Shown: positions 8,074 through 18,537 of the stretch, piece after piece
How positions within the stretch are numbered: the first letter of the stretch is position 1
How the letters are laid out: every line of letters starts with the position of its first letter
Assembly (NCBI GenBank): GCA_902797315.1
Contig: CADBSM010000054.1
Coordinates: 1 to 44,289, forward strand
DNA: 44,289 nucleotides
DNA from: an uncultured Pseudomonadota bacterium
GTDB taxonomy: Bacteria > Pseudomonadota > Alphaproteobacteria > RF32 > CAG-239
Direction: 5' to 3'
Notes under the pieces: generated by a model
What the model was told of the DNA's origin: nothing
Databases searched by the model: none
What the model saw: only the letters and a program-made list of their open reading frames with translations
Program-made: the position numbers and the translations under genes

Positions 8074-9402
8074 CTATTCAAAAGCAATAAGCTCAGCATC
8101 TTCTGTTGTTATTACAACGGTTTTTTGAGCCGCAATAGGTGCAAAAGCAATATTTTCTTTAGATTCGATTTTGTTTTTTTCTGCCCCATTTTGCGCCGAA
8201 AAAGCATAAATCAACCCTGATGATGTTGTCACAAAAAGCTGAGAATTAATCATCACTGGTCCGTTTGCATATAAATTTCGGCGTTTTCTAGCAGATATAT
8301 CTCTCAAAAATTCTTTCTTAAACAAAATAGAGCCCGTTTGTTTATCCAAAGCATATAGCTCAAAATTATTTGAAAGAATAAAAATCGCTTCAGAATCCAC
8401 CCAAGGTGTATTTGTTCCTCCAATCGGAGCCTCCCATAGAACATCTCCGTTTTCTAAATTAATTGCAAGTGTCAAATCTGTGCTTCCGACCACGTAGACA
8501 ACATTGCCATCTATTACCGGCGCTGCCTTAATAGCATTAATTCCCAATGAAGAACCTATCTGTTGATTATTAATCAAATTATTTGACCAGATTGGATAAC
8601 CTATTCTGCCATTAAATGCTTGAACTTCGCCATTTGAAAAGCCTGCAACCAAAATTTCTTTTTGTGCATCATAGGCGGGCACTGCACCACCTGCTAAAAC
8701 GGTATCTTCAGCAGAAATACCATAATTCCAAATTTCAGAACCATTTGAAGCGTCTAAACACAAAAGCTGATTATCAATTGTTTGAACAAAGATTTTGTTG
8801 TTTGCCACAACAGGAGCCACACGAAGCGGAACATTAAAGTCTTTACGCCAAATAATTTCACCGGTTTGAGCATTCAAAGCAAAGGCTGAGCCAAAACCCG
8901 TTAAAGCATAAATTTTGTTATTATCCGCAGCTAAACCAACACCGTTCAAAGCGCTTGAGGCATCATTTTCATTTTGAGGTTTTAGTTTTGTTTTGAAAAT
9001 CTCTTTGCCTGTTTTTAGCTCAAAAGCATAAACTGTAGCGTTCACATCCTGAGCAAAAACTTTGCCATTGTATATAATAGGCGAAGCTAAAAGCAAATTC
9101 CTTTTTGAAGAGCCGTCTCCAAAATCGACTGACCAAGCTTCTTTAATGTCTGCATTGGCTAAAATATTTTGAACCAAATGTGTTGCATTATCTCCACTTT
9201 GCGCCCAGTTGATATTAGTAAGAGGCGACGAGATCGATATCGATTTTTTCTGAACATTATTTACCGACAAGGTTTGATCCGGCATTTCGAGTACGGATAT
9301 ACGCTCACCTTGCGGCAATTCTTTTTTATTTGAAAAAATGCCACACGAACTCAAAACCGTTATCAAACATAACAGTCCAATTCTTTTACATTGAAACCTC
9401 AT
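8074..9402 (-). CDS. bamB: BamB-like outer-membrane assembly lipoprotein (PQQ-like beta-propeller)
   Basis: 442 aa with lipobox LSSC-G and repeated propeller blades. It sits between a yfgM-like gene and der, as in the classical yfgM-bamB-der cluster. Confidence 0.75.
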   Translation of the reverse strand: MRFQCKRIGLLCLITVLSSCGIFSNKKELPQGERISVLEMPDQTLSVNNVQKKSISISSPLTNINWAQSGDNATHLVQNILANADIKEAWSVDFGDGSSKRNLLLASPIIYNGKVFAQDVNATVYAFELKTGKEIFKTKLKPQNENDASSALNGVGLAADNNKIYALTGFGSAFALNAQTGEIIWRKDFNVPLRVAPVVANNKIFVQTIDNQLLCLDASNGSEIWNYGISAEDTVLAGGAVPAYDAQKEILVAGFSNGEVQAFNGRIGYPIWSNNLINNQQIGSSLGINAIKAAPVIDGNVVYVVGSTDLTLAINLENGDVLWEAPIGGTNTPWVDSEAIFILSNNFELYALDKQTGSILFKKEFLRDISARKRRNLYANGPVMINSQLFVTTSSGLIYAFSAQNGAEKNKIESKENIAFAPIAAQKTVVITTEDAELIAFE

Positions 9403-9422
9403 AAGATCAAACCCCTTTTTTA

Positions 9423-10187
9423 TTACATATCAGATAAAGCTGTTAACATATCTTGCACACGGTTTCTAAAATCTTCTGAAATTCTACCGTCTTGCATAAG
9501 CTCTTGGTACAACAACCGAGCGCCTTGAATGTCACCATCTTGAATTAATGCTAAAGCCAAATATTCTTTAGCAATAGGAGTCCAAGAGTCATCAGCAGCA
9601 ATAACAGGATTAAGCAATGCCTCAATTTCAGCACGCGGTGCAGAATCAATTTTTTGTGCAGCTAATTTAACAGCTGCCAAGTTACGAACACGTTGATTAA
9701 GCTCGTCGTTATCAACCATCATCGAAAGCATATTGATAGCTTCTTCATTTTTGCCCTGTTCGATAAGCAAATCTGTTATTTGAATGCGCGCCAATTCACT
9801 GTACACACCATAGTTTCCAGAAGCAATTTTTTCAAGAGCCGTCATCATTTGCTCAGGATTTGAAGCATAGTTTGCTGCAATATAATCATCTGTCTTTGCT
9901 TTGAATTGATTTTCTCTCCAATTTTTAATGGTTTCAAAGCTAACCGTCACACTCAAAACCAAAATGACGAATAAAACAACAAACAAACCATATTTTTTCC
10001 AAAACACTTTTAAATTGTCGTTTTTAACCTCTTCATCAACCTCCATGATAAAAGCATCAGCCATTTGCTCATCATAAACCTCTTTTTTAGGTGTCTGTTT
10101 AACAATCTTAGGTTCAACAGCTTTTTGCGCTTTTTTCTGCTTTGGAGCAGCCGATTTTGTTGTTTTCTTTTTAAGTTCTTTTGCCAT
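9423..10187 (-). CDS. YfgM-like TPR-type membrane-anchored protein
   Basis: 254 aa with a Lys-rich N-terminus, a single TM helix (LFVVLFVILVLSVTVSF) and a helical TPR-like C-terminal domain. It lies upstream of bamB-der. Confidence 0.55.
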   Translation of the reverse strand: MAKELKKKTTKSAAPKQKKAQKAVEPKIVKQTPKKEVYDEQMADAFIMEVDEEVKNDNLKVFWKKYGLFVVLFVILVLSVTVSFETIKNWRENQFKAKTDDYIAANYASNPEQMMTALEKIASGNYGVYSELARIQITDLLIEQGKNEEAINMLSMMVDNDELNQRVRNLAAVKLAAQKIDSAPRAEIEALLNPVIAADDSWTPIAKEYLALALIQDGDIQGARLLYQELMQDGRISEDFRNRVQDMLTALSDM

Positions 10188-10268
10188 GTTCTTTTTCCTT
10201 TACTAAAAAATATCACTTATCGTTAATATAAAACAATTTTAAAATTTATCAATTGCTTTATCAAATTG

Positions 10269-11444
10269 TTACTCAATTATTTCACTAATCAAGAATCCCC
10301 TAATCCACCGCAAATCATCGGGCGAAAATTTATTAAAGACAACAAGAGCGTGCTTGTCTGTCACAATATTGAGGGCATATCTGTCTGTTGTCGGAGTATA
10401 GACAATATCAATACCTTTAATTTGCTCAAAGGCAATCACTTCTTCTTTGATTGAAACAAATAAAATTTTTCTAAAAACAGCTATTTTTCTGTCGCTGATA
10501 ATCAAAATATCCCTACTGATTAAGCTTAGATAAGCATACGCAATTAATGTCAATAAAACAGCATAAAACATCAAAAGGTATTTTAATGATACATAATTTA
10601 GAATCACATTTTGACTTATCACGGCATAACATAAAAGCGCGCTAAACAAACTGATAACAAGAACATTTAACGAAGCATATAAGTCAATAATCATTCTTTG
10701 AGCTTTAATTAACTTTTTGCCTAATTTCTTTTTGCAAACAAAGTTTTGTGAATGGTTTTTATTGACCATAAAGTTTGGAGGCAAATTCCAGCCTTTAACC
10801 ACTTCTGCATAAGATCGTCCCATATCATGGGCATTATGTGAAACCATACCTTTTTCTGAAATATGTATCGGCGGCAATGCAAATTTCAAAGCATAACTAC
10901 GCCACAACGCACGAACTCCCTTTTTGTTTGTACTGATATAAAGCGGAATAATCTTTTCATGATCTTTGTGATAAAGTTCAATAATAAATTTATTTTTATT
11001 GATAATGCCATATTGGCAAAATTTGAGACGCAACCGAACACCACTGTAATTAGAAAGTTTTTCAGAAAAGCTATGCGATTTTCCAAAAATAGGATGATCA
11101 TGCACAACAAAAGTTATACCATCAAACGAAATTTTTTTAGATCGAAACAATAAAAATATTGTGACAAGAAGTATACCGGCACCCAAAAACGCGAGTATAT
11201 AGCTAAAGATTTCTGTCGATATAAAAGTATGCAGAGCAAGTTTTGTTTTTGAAATTGTTTGCTCAAAATCCGTTGTCCCTGACAACTTAACAGCATTAAT
11301 CAGGTATCCGCCAACAAAAAGAAAAATCAACCCAAATAAAAATGCCAAAAATAGAATGCGATACGAAAACCTGTCTTTAGCGGTTACAGGCAGCTTATCT
11401 GTTTTGAGCCAAAAGCGATAGCTGTAGTGTTCACGAAATTTCAT
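10269..11444 (-). CDS. Polytopic membrane protein, unknown function (possible bacterial PH-like C-terminal domain)
   Basis: 391 aa with two clusters of TM helices separated by a soluble segment. It is divergent from the diguanylate cyclase gene. Confidence 0.45.
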   Translation of the reverse strand: MKFREHYSYRFWLKTDKLPVTAKDRFSYRILFLAFLFGLIFLFVGGYLINAVKLSGTTDFEQTISKTKLALHTFISTEIFSYILAFLGAGILLVTIFLLFRSKKISFDGITFVVHDHPIFGKSHSFSEKLSNYSGVRLRLKFCQYGIINKNKFIIELYHKDHEKIIPLYISTNKKGVRALWRSYALKFALPPIHISEKGMVSHNAHDMGRSYAEVVKGWNLPPNFMVNKNHSQNFVCKKKLGKKLIKAQRMIIDLYASLNVLVISLFSALLCYAVISQNVILNYVSLKYLLMFYAVLLTLIAYAYLSLISRDILIISDRKIAVFRKILFVSIKEEVIAFEQIKGIDIVYTPTTDRYALNIVTDKHALVVFNKFSPDDLRWIRGFLISEIIE

Positions 11445-11588
11445 TAACTTATATCCTACCTATTTCAATTTATTTTTTTAATATACATAATTTTTTTTTA
11501 ATAATCATCTCTTTTTTTCGTTTTAACAAAAGTTTTAAATTTTCAGATTAAACTGTTTTCAGATAAAAAGATAAATAAAGGTATTTAT

Positions 11589-13244
11589 ATGCTGTTTTCA
11601 GGCTTTTCAAATAGTTTAACAGAATTAAGCTTAGGCTTATCTGGTTTTGCATTTTTGGGTCTTGCCACCCTCATCTCTTCATCATTAAAATCGGCCAAAG
11701 GGCTCAAACTTTTATGGTTTGGATTGTTTTTATTGTTTTTCAATGCTCTTTTATATCAGCAATACAACTTTTTAAGTTTTTACGGAATTTCTTTTGAAGT
11801 GTTTGTCTTTTTTAGGCTTTGTTTATCTGTCAGTGCAACCATTTTATTCGTTGCTGCTGCATCAGAAATTTTGCTTTACAAACCTCTTTCACTTAATATT
11901 TTATATTTATCCATCAGTTCGGGATTGATTTTAAGCTTTTATGCAGTTTACATTTCACGCAGCATTGAGATTCAAGACAACGTTGAAACAGCGCTTCCGA
12001 TGATCGGATTGATTTATCTGTTTTTGGCATTTATTTCTCGACCCAATTTAAAAAAACATATCGGCGAAATATTTGCCGCCATGTCTGTTTTAGGATTGAT
12101 TGAACAAACTGCTGTCCACTTATTCCTGCATTTTGAAGTTTCTGTTATTTTTTCTGTTGTCTTACTTTTTATGCTTTCATCCTCTTATCTTTTAATGCTT
12201 ATTGAGTGGCAATCTTCTGAAAAAGAAGAGCTTTCTGCTAGCCTGCAGAAAATGTCTAAAAACATGTTCAACATTATCAAGTCTTCTGCTTTCCCGATTA
12301 TTATTTCAAAACTTAAAGATGACAGCATTGTTTTTGCAAACCAAAGCGCCTCAAAACTTTTTGAGCTTAACCTTTTAGAACTTTCAAGATATCACTTCAA
12401 AGATCTTTTCGTTGATGCACAAAATCGAAAATTGCTTTTAGAAAAACTCGAACATGCAAAACAGGTACAAGATTTTGAAATTCTGGTCAAAAGTTCTATC
12501 GGACAAACCCCCTTTTGGCTTATTGCTTCAGCCAATATTATAGAATATGAAAATGAGCTGTCTTTATATATTGCCTTTCAAGATATTACTGAACGAAAAC
12601 AGCGAGAAAAACTACTTCAAAATCAGGCCGATCGTGATCCTTTAACATCTATTTACAATCGTCGTTATTTTGAAAACAGCGTCACACAAAGAATTAAACA
12701 AGCCTATTTAGAAAATCAAAATTTTGCAATTTTGATGATTGATGCCGATCATTTTAAAAGCATTAATGATAAGTACGGACACAAAACCGGAGACAAGGTT
12801 TTAATGGAGCTTGCACACACGATTGAACGTTCACTCAGACCAGAAGATGTCGTTGCTCGTTATGGTGGCGAAGAGTTTGTTGTTTTTTTACACAATGTTT
12901 CTTCTGATATTTCTTTGCTTGTTTCTGAGCGCCTAAGAAAAAGCATTTCACAAAGCGTTGTTTATTCTGATGATAATGAACCGATTTCTTGGACAGTTAG
13001 CATCGGCATTGCGCCATCTGGCTTATCCGACAGCGTTCCCGCCATGATTAAAATGGCTGATGATGCAATGTATATTGCAAAACAAAACGGTCGAAACCAA
13101 GTTCATCTATACGACTTAACCGACATTGACAAACTTGAATTAAAAACAACGTCAAAAGAATTGATTCACCCCGTTTTCAAAAGCGAGGAAGAAGAGATTT
13201 CCTTGCTTGATGGTCTTGAAACAAACCATATCATTGAGGAGTGA
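11589..13244 (+). CDS. Membrane-bound PAS-GGDEF diguanylate cyclase
   Basis: 551 aa with an N-terminal multi-TM domain, a PAS-like segment and a GGDEF domain with an active-site GGEEF. An RxxD I-site sits 5 residues upstream (RPEDVVARYGGEEF). Confidence 0.85.
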   Translation: MLFSGFSNSLTELSLGLSGFAFLGLATLISSSLKSAKGLKLLWFGLFLLFFNALLYQQYNFLSFYGISFEVFVFFRLCLSVSATILFVAAASEILLYKPLSLNILYLSISSGLILSFYAVYISRSIEIQDNVETALPMIGLIYLFLAFISRPNLKKHIGEIFAAMSVLGLIEQTAVHLFLHFEVSVIFSVVLLFMLSSSYLLMLIEWQSSEKEELSASLQKMSKNMFNIIKSSAFPIIISKLKDDSIVFANQSASKLFELNLLELSRYHFKDLFVDAQNRKLLLEKLEHAKQVQDFEILVKSSIGQTPFWLIASANIIEYENELSLYIAFQDITERKQREKLLQNQADRDPLTSIYNRRYFENSVTQRIKQAYLENQNFAILMIDADHFKSINDKYGHKTGDKVLMELAHTIERSLRPEDVVARYGGEEFVVFLHNVSSDISLLVSERLRKSISQSVVYSDDNEPISWTVSIGIAPSGLSDSVPAMIKMADDAMYIAKQNGRNQVHLYDLTDIDKLELKTTSKELIHPVFKSEEEEISLLDGLETNHIIEE

Positions 13245-13249
13245 AAATA

Positions 13250-14395
13250 ATGGGATGCACACTTTATCCACAATGCGGCGGATGCTTTTTTCGGGATTTA
13301 GATCAATTATCTTATCAAAAACAAAAGGAATTTTCTGTTTTTCAAACACTCGAAAAACGTTTGGATAATATTCAACATATTTGGCAACCGCCGATTTTTT
13401 TGGCTGATAGCACAAGAAGACGTGCAGCTTTAACTTTTTCCTTCAAAAAACAAAAATTGCTTTTTGGTTTTAATTCTTTTCGCAGCAATGATATCATTGA
13501 TATTGAAATTTGTTTCATGCTTTCTTCCGGCATTGCATCTCTCATACCTTCCATTCGAGAGTTTCTTTTAAAGCTGTGCTCTGTTATCAGCTCAAAAAGA
13601 ATCAAAGGCAAAAAAGTTATCAATGAACAGATCCAAAGCGGTGATTTGCTGATTTTAGAAGCTGAAAATGGCATTGATATTGTTCTTGAGACTGCAACAG
13701 ACCTTGTGTTGGATCATCGTTTGATTATTAATGAATTACTGCAAGAAAAGCCTGAAATTATACGCTTTTCATGGCGCAAAAAACATTGTCAAAATGCTGA
13801 GCCTATTCTAGAAAGAGCCAAACCGTTCATTAAAATTGGTAAAACAGAGGTTTTTATTCCTGCCGGCGAATTTTTGCAACCATCTAAACAAGGCGAACAA
13901 GCTCTCTTGGATTTGGTTGTTAAATATGTTGGAACAACTCGCGGTCAAATAGCTGATTTATTTTGCGGAATCGGCACTTTTTCATACAAACTTTCAGAAC
14001 TTGAAAATGTAAGAATAACCGCCATTGATATCAGCGACCATTTGTTAACCGGTTTTCAAAAATCTATCAACGTAAATATGATACAAAATATCTCTGTCAA
14101 AAAGCAAAATTTATTTTTATATCCTTTGGACCATACGCAATTATCTGAATTTGACATTGTTATATTTGATCCGCCGCGTGCTGGAGCTTTGGCAACGGTT
14201 AAAGAATTATCTAAAATTGACTTCAACTCCAGGCCAAAGAAAATTATTGCCGTTTCGTGCTGTCCAGAAACTTTTGTTCGTGATGCTTTTGTGCTTGTAT
14301 CTGCCGGTTATTCTCTCAAAAGCATAACAATGGTTGATCAATTTGTATATTCTAACCACAGTGAACTTGTTGCCCTGTTTACAAATGAAAAATAA
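13250..14395 (+). CDS. TrmA/RlmD-family SAM-dependent RNA (uracil-5)-methyltransferase
   Basis: It has an N-terminal Cys cluster (CTLYPQCGGCFF), a SAM-binding LFCGIGTFS motif, DPPRAG and a catalytic-region SCCP. GAGGAG lies 8 nt upstream of the ATG at 13250. The track's GTG at 13241 overlaps the upstream stop. Confidence 0.7.
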   Translation: MGCTLYPQCGGCFFRDLDQLSYQKQKEFSVFQTLEKRLDNIQHIWQPPIFLADSTRRRAALTFSFKKQKLLFGFNSFRSNDIIDIEICFMLSSGIASLIPSIREFLLKLCSVISSKRIKGKKVINEQIQSGDLLILEAENGIDIVLETATDLVLDHRLIINELLQEKPEIIRFSWRKKHCQNAEPILERAKPFIKIGKTEVFIPAGEFLQPSKQGEQALLDLVVKYVGTTRGQIADLFCGIGTFSYKLSELENVRITAIDISDHLLTGFQKSINVNMIQNISVKKQNLFLYPLDHTQLSEFDIVIFDPPRAGALATVKELSKIDFNSRPKKIIAVSCCPETFVRDAFVLVSAGYSLKSITMVDQFVYSNHSELVALFTNEK

Positions 14396-14439
14396 AAATA
14401 TATAGTAGCCAATAAATACATCTATAAGGAGATAATTCC

Positions 14440-14943
14440 ATGAATAAAAAAACTTTAATTTTACTTGTATCCTTGCTTTTAAGCGGGTGTCTCACCTACC
14501 AGCCTGCAAAAGATATAGCAAACTCTGATTCATCTGCTTGTCCACAAGTTGTGATTCGTCCGCAAGATAAAAGCATTATTCAAACGGCATCTCATCAAAG
14601 AATTTTCAAAATTGAAATTGTTGGTTATAGCGGACATTGCTATTTCGATGAGCGCATTGGAAAAAATAAAGCTGTCGTCGCACCTTCTTTTAAGATAACA
14701 CGCTTGAATGAATCCAATGTTGAAGATGTACATTTTTCTTATTATCTTGAAACAGCTGAGGGTCCTAGCCGCTTTTTGGGTAAAAAAACTTATTTTACGC
14801 AAGCTCGTATTGCCAAAGGTCAGTATGAAGCCTATCACAATGCTCAATCAGGAGAGCTTAGTATTCCCTATGCTCAAGGTAATGTTGATATATATACTGG
14901 TCTTTATGCGCAAAAAGCAGATTCAGAATATAAAAATAATTAA
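14440..14943 (+). CDS. Putative lipoprotein, unknown function
   Basis: 167 aa with a signal peptide and lipobox LLSG-C. SD is AAGGAG. Confidence 0.55.
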   Translation: MNKKTLILLVSLLLSGCLTYQPAKDIANSDSSACPQVVIRPQDKSIIQTASHQRIFKIEIVGYSGHCYFDERIGKNKAVVAPSFKITRLNESNVEDVHFSYYLETAEGPSRFLGKKTYFTQARIAKGQYEAYHNAQSGELSIPYAQGNVDIYTGLYAQKADSEYKNN

Positions 14944-14965
14944 CCATTAAAAAAGGAGACAAAAA

Positions 14966-16915
14966 ATGCAACCTAATATTTCGATGTCTAATGCTGTTCG
15001 TTTTTTAAGCGTTGATGCCATCAACAAAGCCAACTCCGGACACCCGGGAATGCCTCTTGGCATGGCAGATGTTGCAACAGTTTTGTTCTCAAAATTCTTA
15101 AAGTATAATCCTCAAAGCCCAAAGTGGTTTGATAGAGATCGTTTTATTCTATCAGCCGGTCATGGCTCAATGCTATTATACGCCCTTTTATATTTAACAG
15201 GTTATGCTGATATCAGTCTTGAAGATCTCAAAAATTTTCGTCAGCTTGGGGCGAAAACAGCGGGGCATCCGGAATACGGGCATTTAGAGGGCATAGACAT
15301 GACAACGGGGCCTTTAGGTCAGGGCATTTCTTCAGCCGTGGGCATGGCCATTGCTGAACGCGTCATCAATGCTAAATTCGGCGATCAACTGTGCAATCAC
15401 CGTACATATGTGATTGCTGGTGACGGATGTTTGATGGAGGGCATTTCACAAGAAGCGGCAGAACTTGCCGGACACCTAAAACTAAACAAATTAACTGTTT
15501 TATGGGATAATAATAACATTACCATTGACGGAACAGTCGAAGATGCAAGCTCAACCAACCAGCTCAAACGCTTTGAAGCTATGGGTTGGCATACAATATC
15601 TATTGACGGTCATAATTTTGACGCTATTGAGAAGGCTTTAGCTGAGGCAATTTATTCATCAAAACCGACTCTTATTGCTTGCAAAACACAAATTGGATTC
15701 GGTTCTCCAAACAAATGCGGCACTTCAAAATGCCACGGATCACCTTTAGGTGAACAAGAAACGGATTTAATGCGTCAAAATCTTGGCTGGAATTACCCAC
15801 CTTTTGAAATTCCTGAAGAAATTTTAAATGCATGGCGAAGTGTCGGTAAAAAATCTGAAACAGAATTTTTGCGTTGGCAACAAGAAGCTCAGCAAAAGGG
15901 AAAATCATTTACAGATTATATCAATAATATTTTGCCACAAAACTGGGATATCGATCTACAAAACCTTAAACAAAAGTCATTAATAGAAAAAACGAATGTT
16001 GCTTCACGCAAAGCTTCTCAACTTTGTCTTGAACAAATTGTTAAAAACATTCCTCAAATTATCGGAGGTTCTGCAGATTTAGCCGCATCGAACTTAACTT
16101 TTGTTGAGGGAATGAAAACAATTCGTGCTGGTGATTATAATGGCAACAATATTAAATATGGCATCAGAGAACATGCCATGGGGGCCATTATGAACGGTCT
16201 GTCTCTTCACGGCGGTGTTATACCTTATGGTGGAACATTTTTTGTTTTTTCAGATTATATGCGTCCATCTATGCGTTTAGCAGCTTTAATGGGCATACAG
16301 ACAATCTATGTTTTGACACACGATTCCATCGGTGTCGGCGAAGATGGACCCACACATCAACCAATTGAACACCTTGCCTCTTATAGGGCTATGCCAAATA
16401 TTCAAACATTCAGGCCTTGTGACATGATTGAAACTGCTGAAAGTTGGGAGATTGCTCTCAAAGAAAAACATAAACCTTCCATCTTGGCTCTTTCTCGTCA
16501 AAACTTGCCTTTACTTCGGAATTCTTGTGATGAAAATTTGACAGCCAAAGGCGGTTATATTATTTCAAAATGCGAAGACAAAGCTGATATTACTTTAATA
16601 GGCACAGGTTCAGAAGTGATGCTTTGTATTCAGGCTCAACAAATTCTCAAAAACAAAAAAATTAAAGCCTCTGTTGTTTCGATGCCTTGTGTTGAATTAT
16701 TTACCAGACAAACCAAAGAGTACCAGCAATCTGTTTTAGGAAGCTCTCCACGCCTTGCCGTTGAAGCTGGTTCAACTTTTGGCTGGCATTGTTTTGCCGA
16801 TGATGTCATCGGAATTGATCGTTTTGGCGCTTCTGGCAAGGGTGAAGAGGTGTATAGCTCTCTTTCAATAACAGTTGATGAAATTTTAAAAAGAGTTGAA
16901 AAGCTTCTTTCTTAA
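14966..16915 (+). CDS. tkt: Transketolase
   Basis: 649 aa with SGHPG, GDGCLMEG (ThDP-binding) and THDSIGVGEDGPTHQP motifs. Confidence 0.95.
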   Translation: MQPNISMSNAVRFLSVDAINKANSGHPGMPLGMADVATVLFSKFLKYNPQSPKWFDRDRFILSAGHGSMLLYALLYLTGYADISLEDLKNFRQLGAKTAGHPEYGHLEGIDMTTGPLGQGISSAVGMAIAERVINAKFGDQLCNHRTYVIAGDGCLMEGISQEAAELAGHLKLNKLTVLWDNNNITIDGTVEDASSTNQLKRFEAMGWHTISIDGHNFDAIEKALAEAIYSSKPTLIACKTQIGFGSPNKCGTSKCHGSPLGEQETDLMRQNLGWNYPPFEIPEEILNAWRSVGKKSETEFLRWQQEAQQKGKSFTDYINNILPQNWDIDLQNLKQKSLIEKTNVASRKASQLCLEQIVKNIPQIIGGSADLAASNLTFVEGMKTIRAGDYNGNNIKYGIREHAMGAIMNGLSLHGGVIPYGGTFFVFSDYMRPSMRLAALMGIQTIYVLTHDSIGVGEDGPTHQPIEHLASYRAMPNIQTFRPCDMIETAESWEIALKEKHKPSILALSRQNLPLLRNSCDENLTAKGGYIISKCEDKADITLIGTGSEVMLCIQAQQILKNKKIKASVVSMPCVELFTRQTKEYQQSVLGSSPRLAVEAGSTFGWHCFADDVIGIDRFGASGKGEEVYSSLSITVDEILKRVEKLLS

Positions 16916-16959
16916 AAGTATAGTTTAGATAGTTTTAGTTATGATAAAGGAAAATTGAT

Positions 16960-17430
16960 ATGGCAAATAGCATCAACAAAGTCACCCTTCTCGGCAATTT
17001 AGGCGCTGATCCTCGTGTTGCCAACACTCAGTCTGGCTCTAAAATTGTTAGTTTTAGCTTAGCAACATCTGATCGTTGGCGTGATAAAGCTTCGGGAGAA
17101 ATGAAAGAGCGCACAGAATGGCATCGTGTTGTCATTTTTAACCCTCAGCTAGCTGAAACAGCCGAGCGTTATTTGCACAAAGGTTCTAAGGTTTACCTTG
17201 AAGGACAGCTTCAAACAAGACGTTGGGAAGACAACAACGGCCAAGAGCGTTTTACAACTGAGATTGTGCTGCAAAATTTTGGAGGAACTCTTGTATTGCT
17301 TGATGCTCGTAGCGATGATGGTGTCGGCGCTTCAGAAGACCCCTTTGCCGCCACATCTGCCGGATGGGATGCTTCTGCTTCATCAGTCTCACCCTCTTCT
17401 GCTGATTTAGATGATGACATTCCTTTTTAG
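16960..17430 (+). CDS. ssb: Single-stranded DNA-binding protein
   Basis: 156 aa with an OB-fold N-terminus (NKVTLLGNLGADP...TEWHRVV), a Gly/Ser/Asp-rich tail and a terminal DDDIPF. Confidence 0.95.
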   Translation: MANSINKVTLLGNLGADPRVANTQSGSKIVSFSLATSDRWRDKASGEMKERTEWHRVVIFNPQLAETAERYLHKGSKVYLEGQLQTRRWEDNNGQERFTTEIVLQNFGGTLVLLDARSDDGVGASEDPFAATSAGWDASASSVSPSSADLDDDIPF

Positions 17431-17450
17431 AAAGCATTTTACAAAATTTA

Positions 17451-17477
17451 ACCCGCTATCTTAGCGGGTTTTTTTTA
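17451..17477. terminator. Bidirectional rho-independent terminator between ssb (+) and the S41 peptidase gene (-)
   Basis: ACCCGCTA-tct-TAGCGGGT followed by T8, with an A-rich stretch on the other side. Confidence 0.75.
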
Positions 17478-18527
17478 TCAATCACCTTTCAAAAATTTGA
17501 CTGCCTCTTCGATGTCTTCATCTTTATTAAAACGATCAGCCGGCTCACAACTTTGATTTTTGCCTGTACAAATAAGAGGATTTAAGCCTTTTTGATCAAT
17601 CTTCAAACCCGAAGGTGTATAGAAAAATGATGTCGTCACAGAGATTGCCCGATCCTGATCCATTTTTGTAACATCTTGAATGCTGCCTTTGCCATAAGTT
17701 TTTGTACCAATCAGAATCGCTCTGTCTTGCTCTGCTAAAGATGCTGCCAGAACTTCTGCTGCTGAAGCTGTTTTGCCATCTACTAAAATCACCATAGGTT
17801 TTCCATCTAAAATGTCTCCCGAAGCCGCATTGTAATACATAGGTGTGTCACTTTCACTACTTTGTGTATAAGTAATAATACCTTCATCTAAAAACATATC
17901 GGCAATGCGAATCGCTTCATCAAAAAAACCTCCATGATTTGCCCTCAAATCAAGAATCAAACTTGTACATTTAGAGCATTCAAGAACAGCCTCTTTGACA
18001 CGCACAGATATATCCTTTTGAAATGTCAAAATTTTAATAAGCAAAACATCATCAATTGTGCGAGAAGCGAAAGATCTTCGAATTTTAAATGGCTTATCAT
18101 CGTTTTCATCAAAAGCCCCAAAATAGTGCGAATACCCGTCTAACCCATCAAAAACAGATTTTGCGAATCGGTCTGGAATTTCAAAATCTAACACTTCTAA
18201 TTTTTCAGAAAACTTCGTTGCTGTCTTGATAACCTCTTGGCTCAAATTAATATATGCATTTTGATCATTTATGTGAGACGGTAAATTAAATTTTCCAATC
18301 AACTTAGACTTGTGATACAAGAAGATTTTGTCAGATGTTTGTTTTACAACAATATTTGAATCCATTTCATGAAGAGCATTTAAGCCTTTTAAGGTAATAT
18401 CCTTGTTGCTCATTTCGCTAATATAATCGCGGCCAAGGATAGAAAAGACCTGTTCAATAACGTTTATTTGAGCGCTAACCGATAGAGGAATTAACAAAAG
18501 CATTACAACAACAAGAATTTTTTTCAT
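17478..18527 (-). CDS. S41-family C-terminal processing peptidase
   Basis: It has LDLRANHGGFFDEA, a TASAAEVLAASL region and GTKTYGKGSIQ, with signal peptide MKKILVVVMLLLIPLSVSA. I prefer the start at 18527 (AAGGAA SD) rather than the track's 18560, which overlaps xth. Confidence 0.8.
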   Translation of the reverse strand: MKKILVVVMLLLIPLSVSAQINVIEQVFSILGRDYISEMSNKDITLKGLNALHEMDSNIVVKQTSDKIFLYHKSKLIGKFNLPSHINDQNAYINLSQEVIKTATKFSEKLEVLDFEIPDRFAKSVFDGLDGYSHYFGAFDENDDKPFKIRRSFASRTIDDVLLIKILTFQKDISVRVKEAVLECSKCTSLILDLRANHGGFFDEAIRIADMFLDEGIITYTQSSESDTPMYYNAASGDILDGKPMVILVDGKTASAAEVLAASLAEQDRAILIGTKTYGKGSIQDVTKMDQDRAISVTTSFFYTPSGLKIDQKGLNPLICTGKNQSCEPADRFNKDEDIEEAVKFLKGD

Positions 18528-18537
18528 TTTCGTTCCT

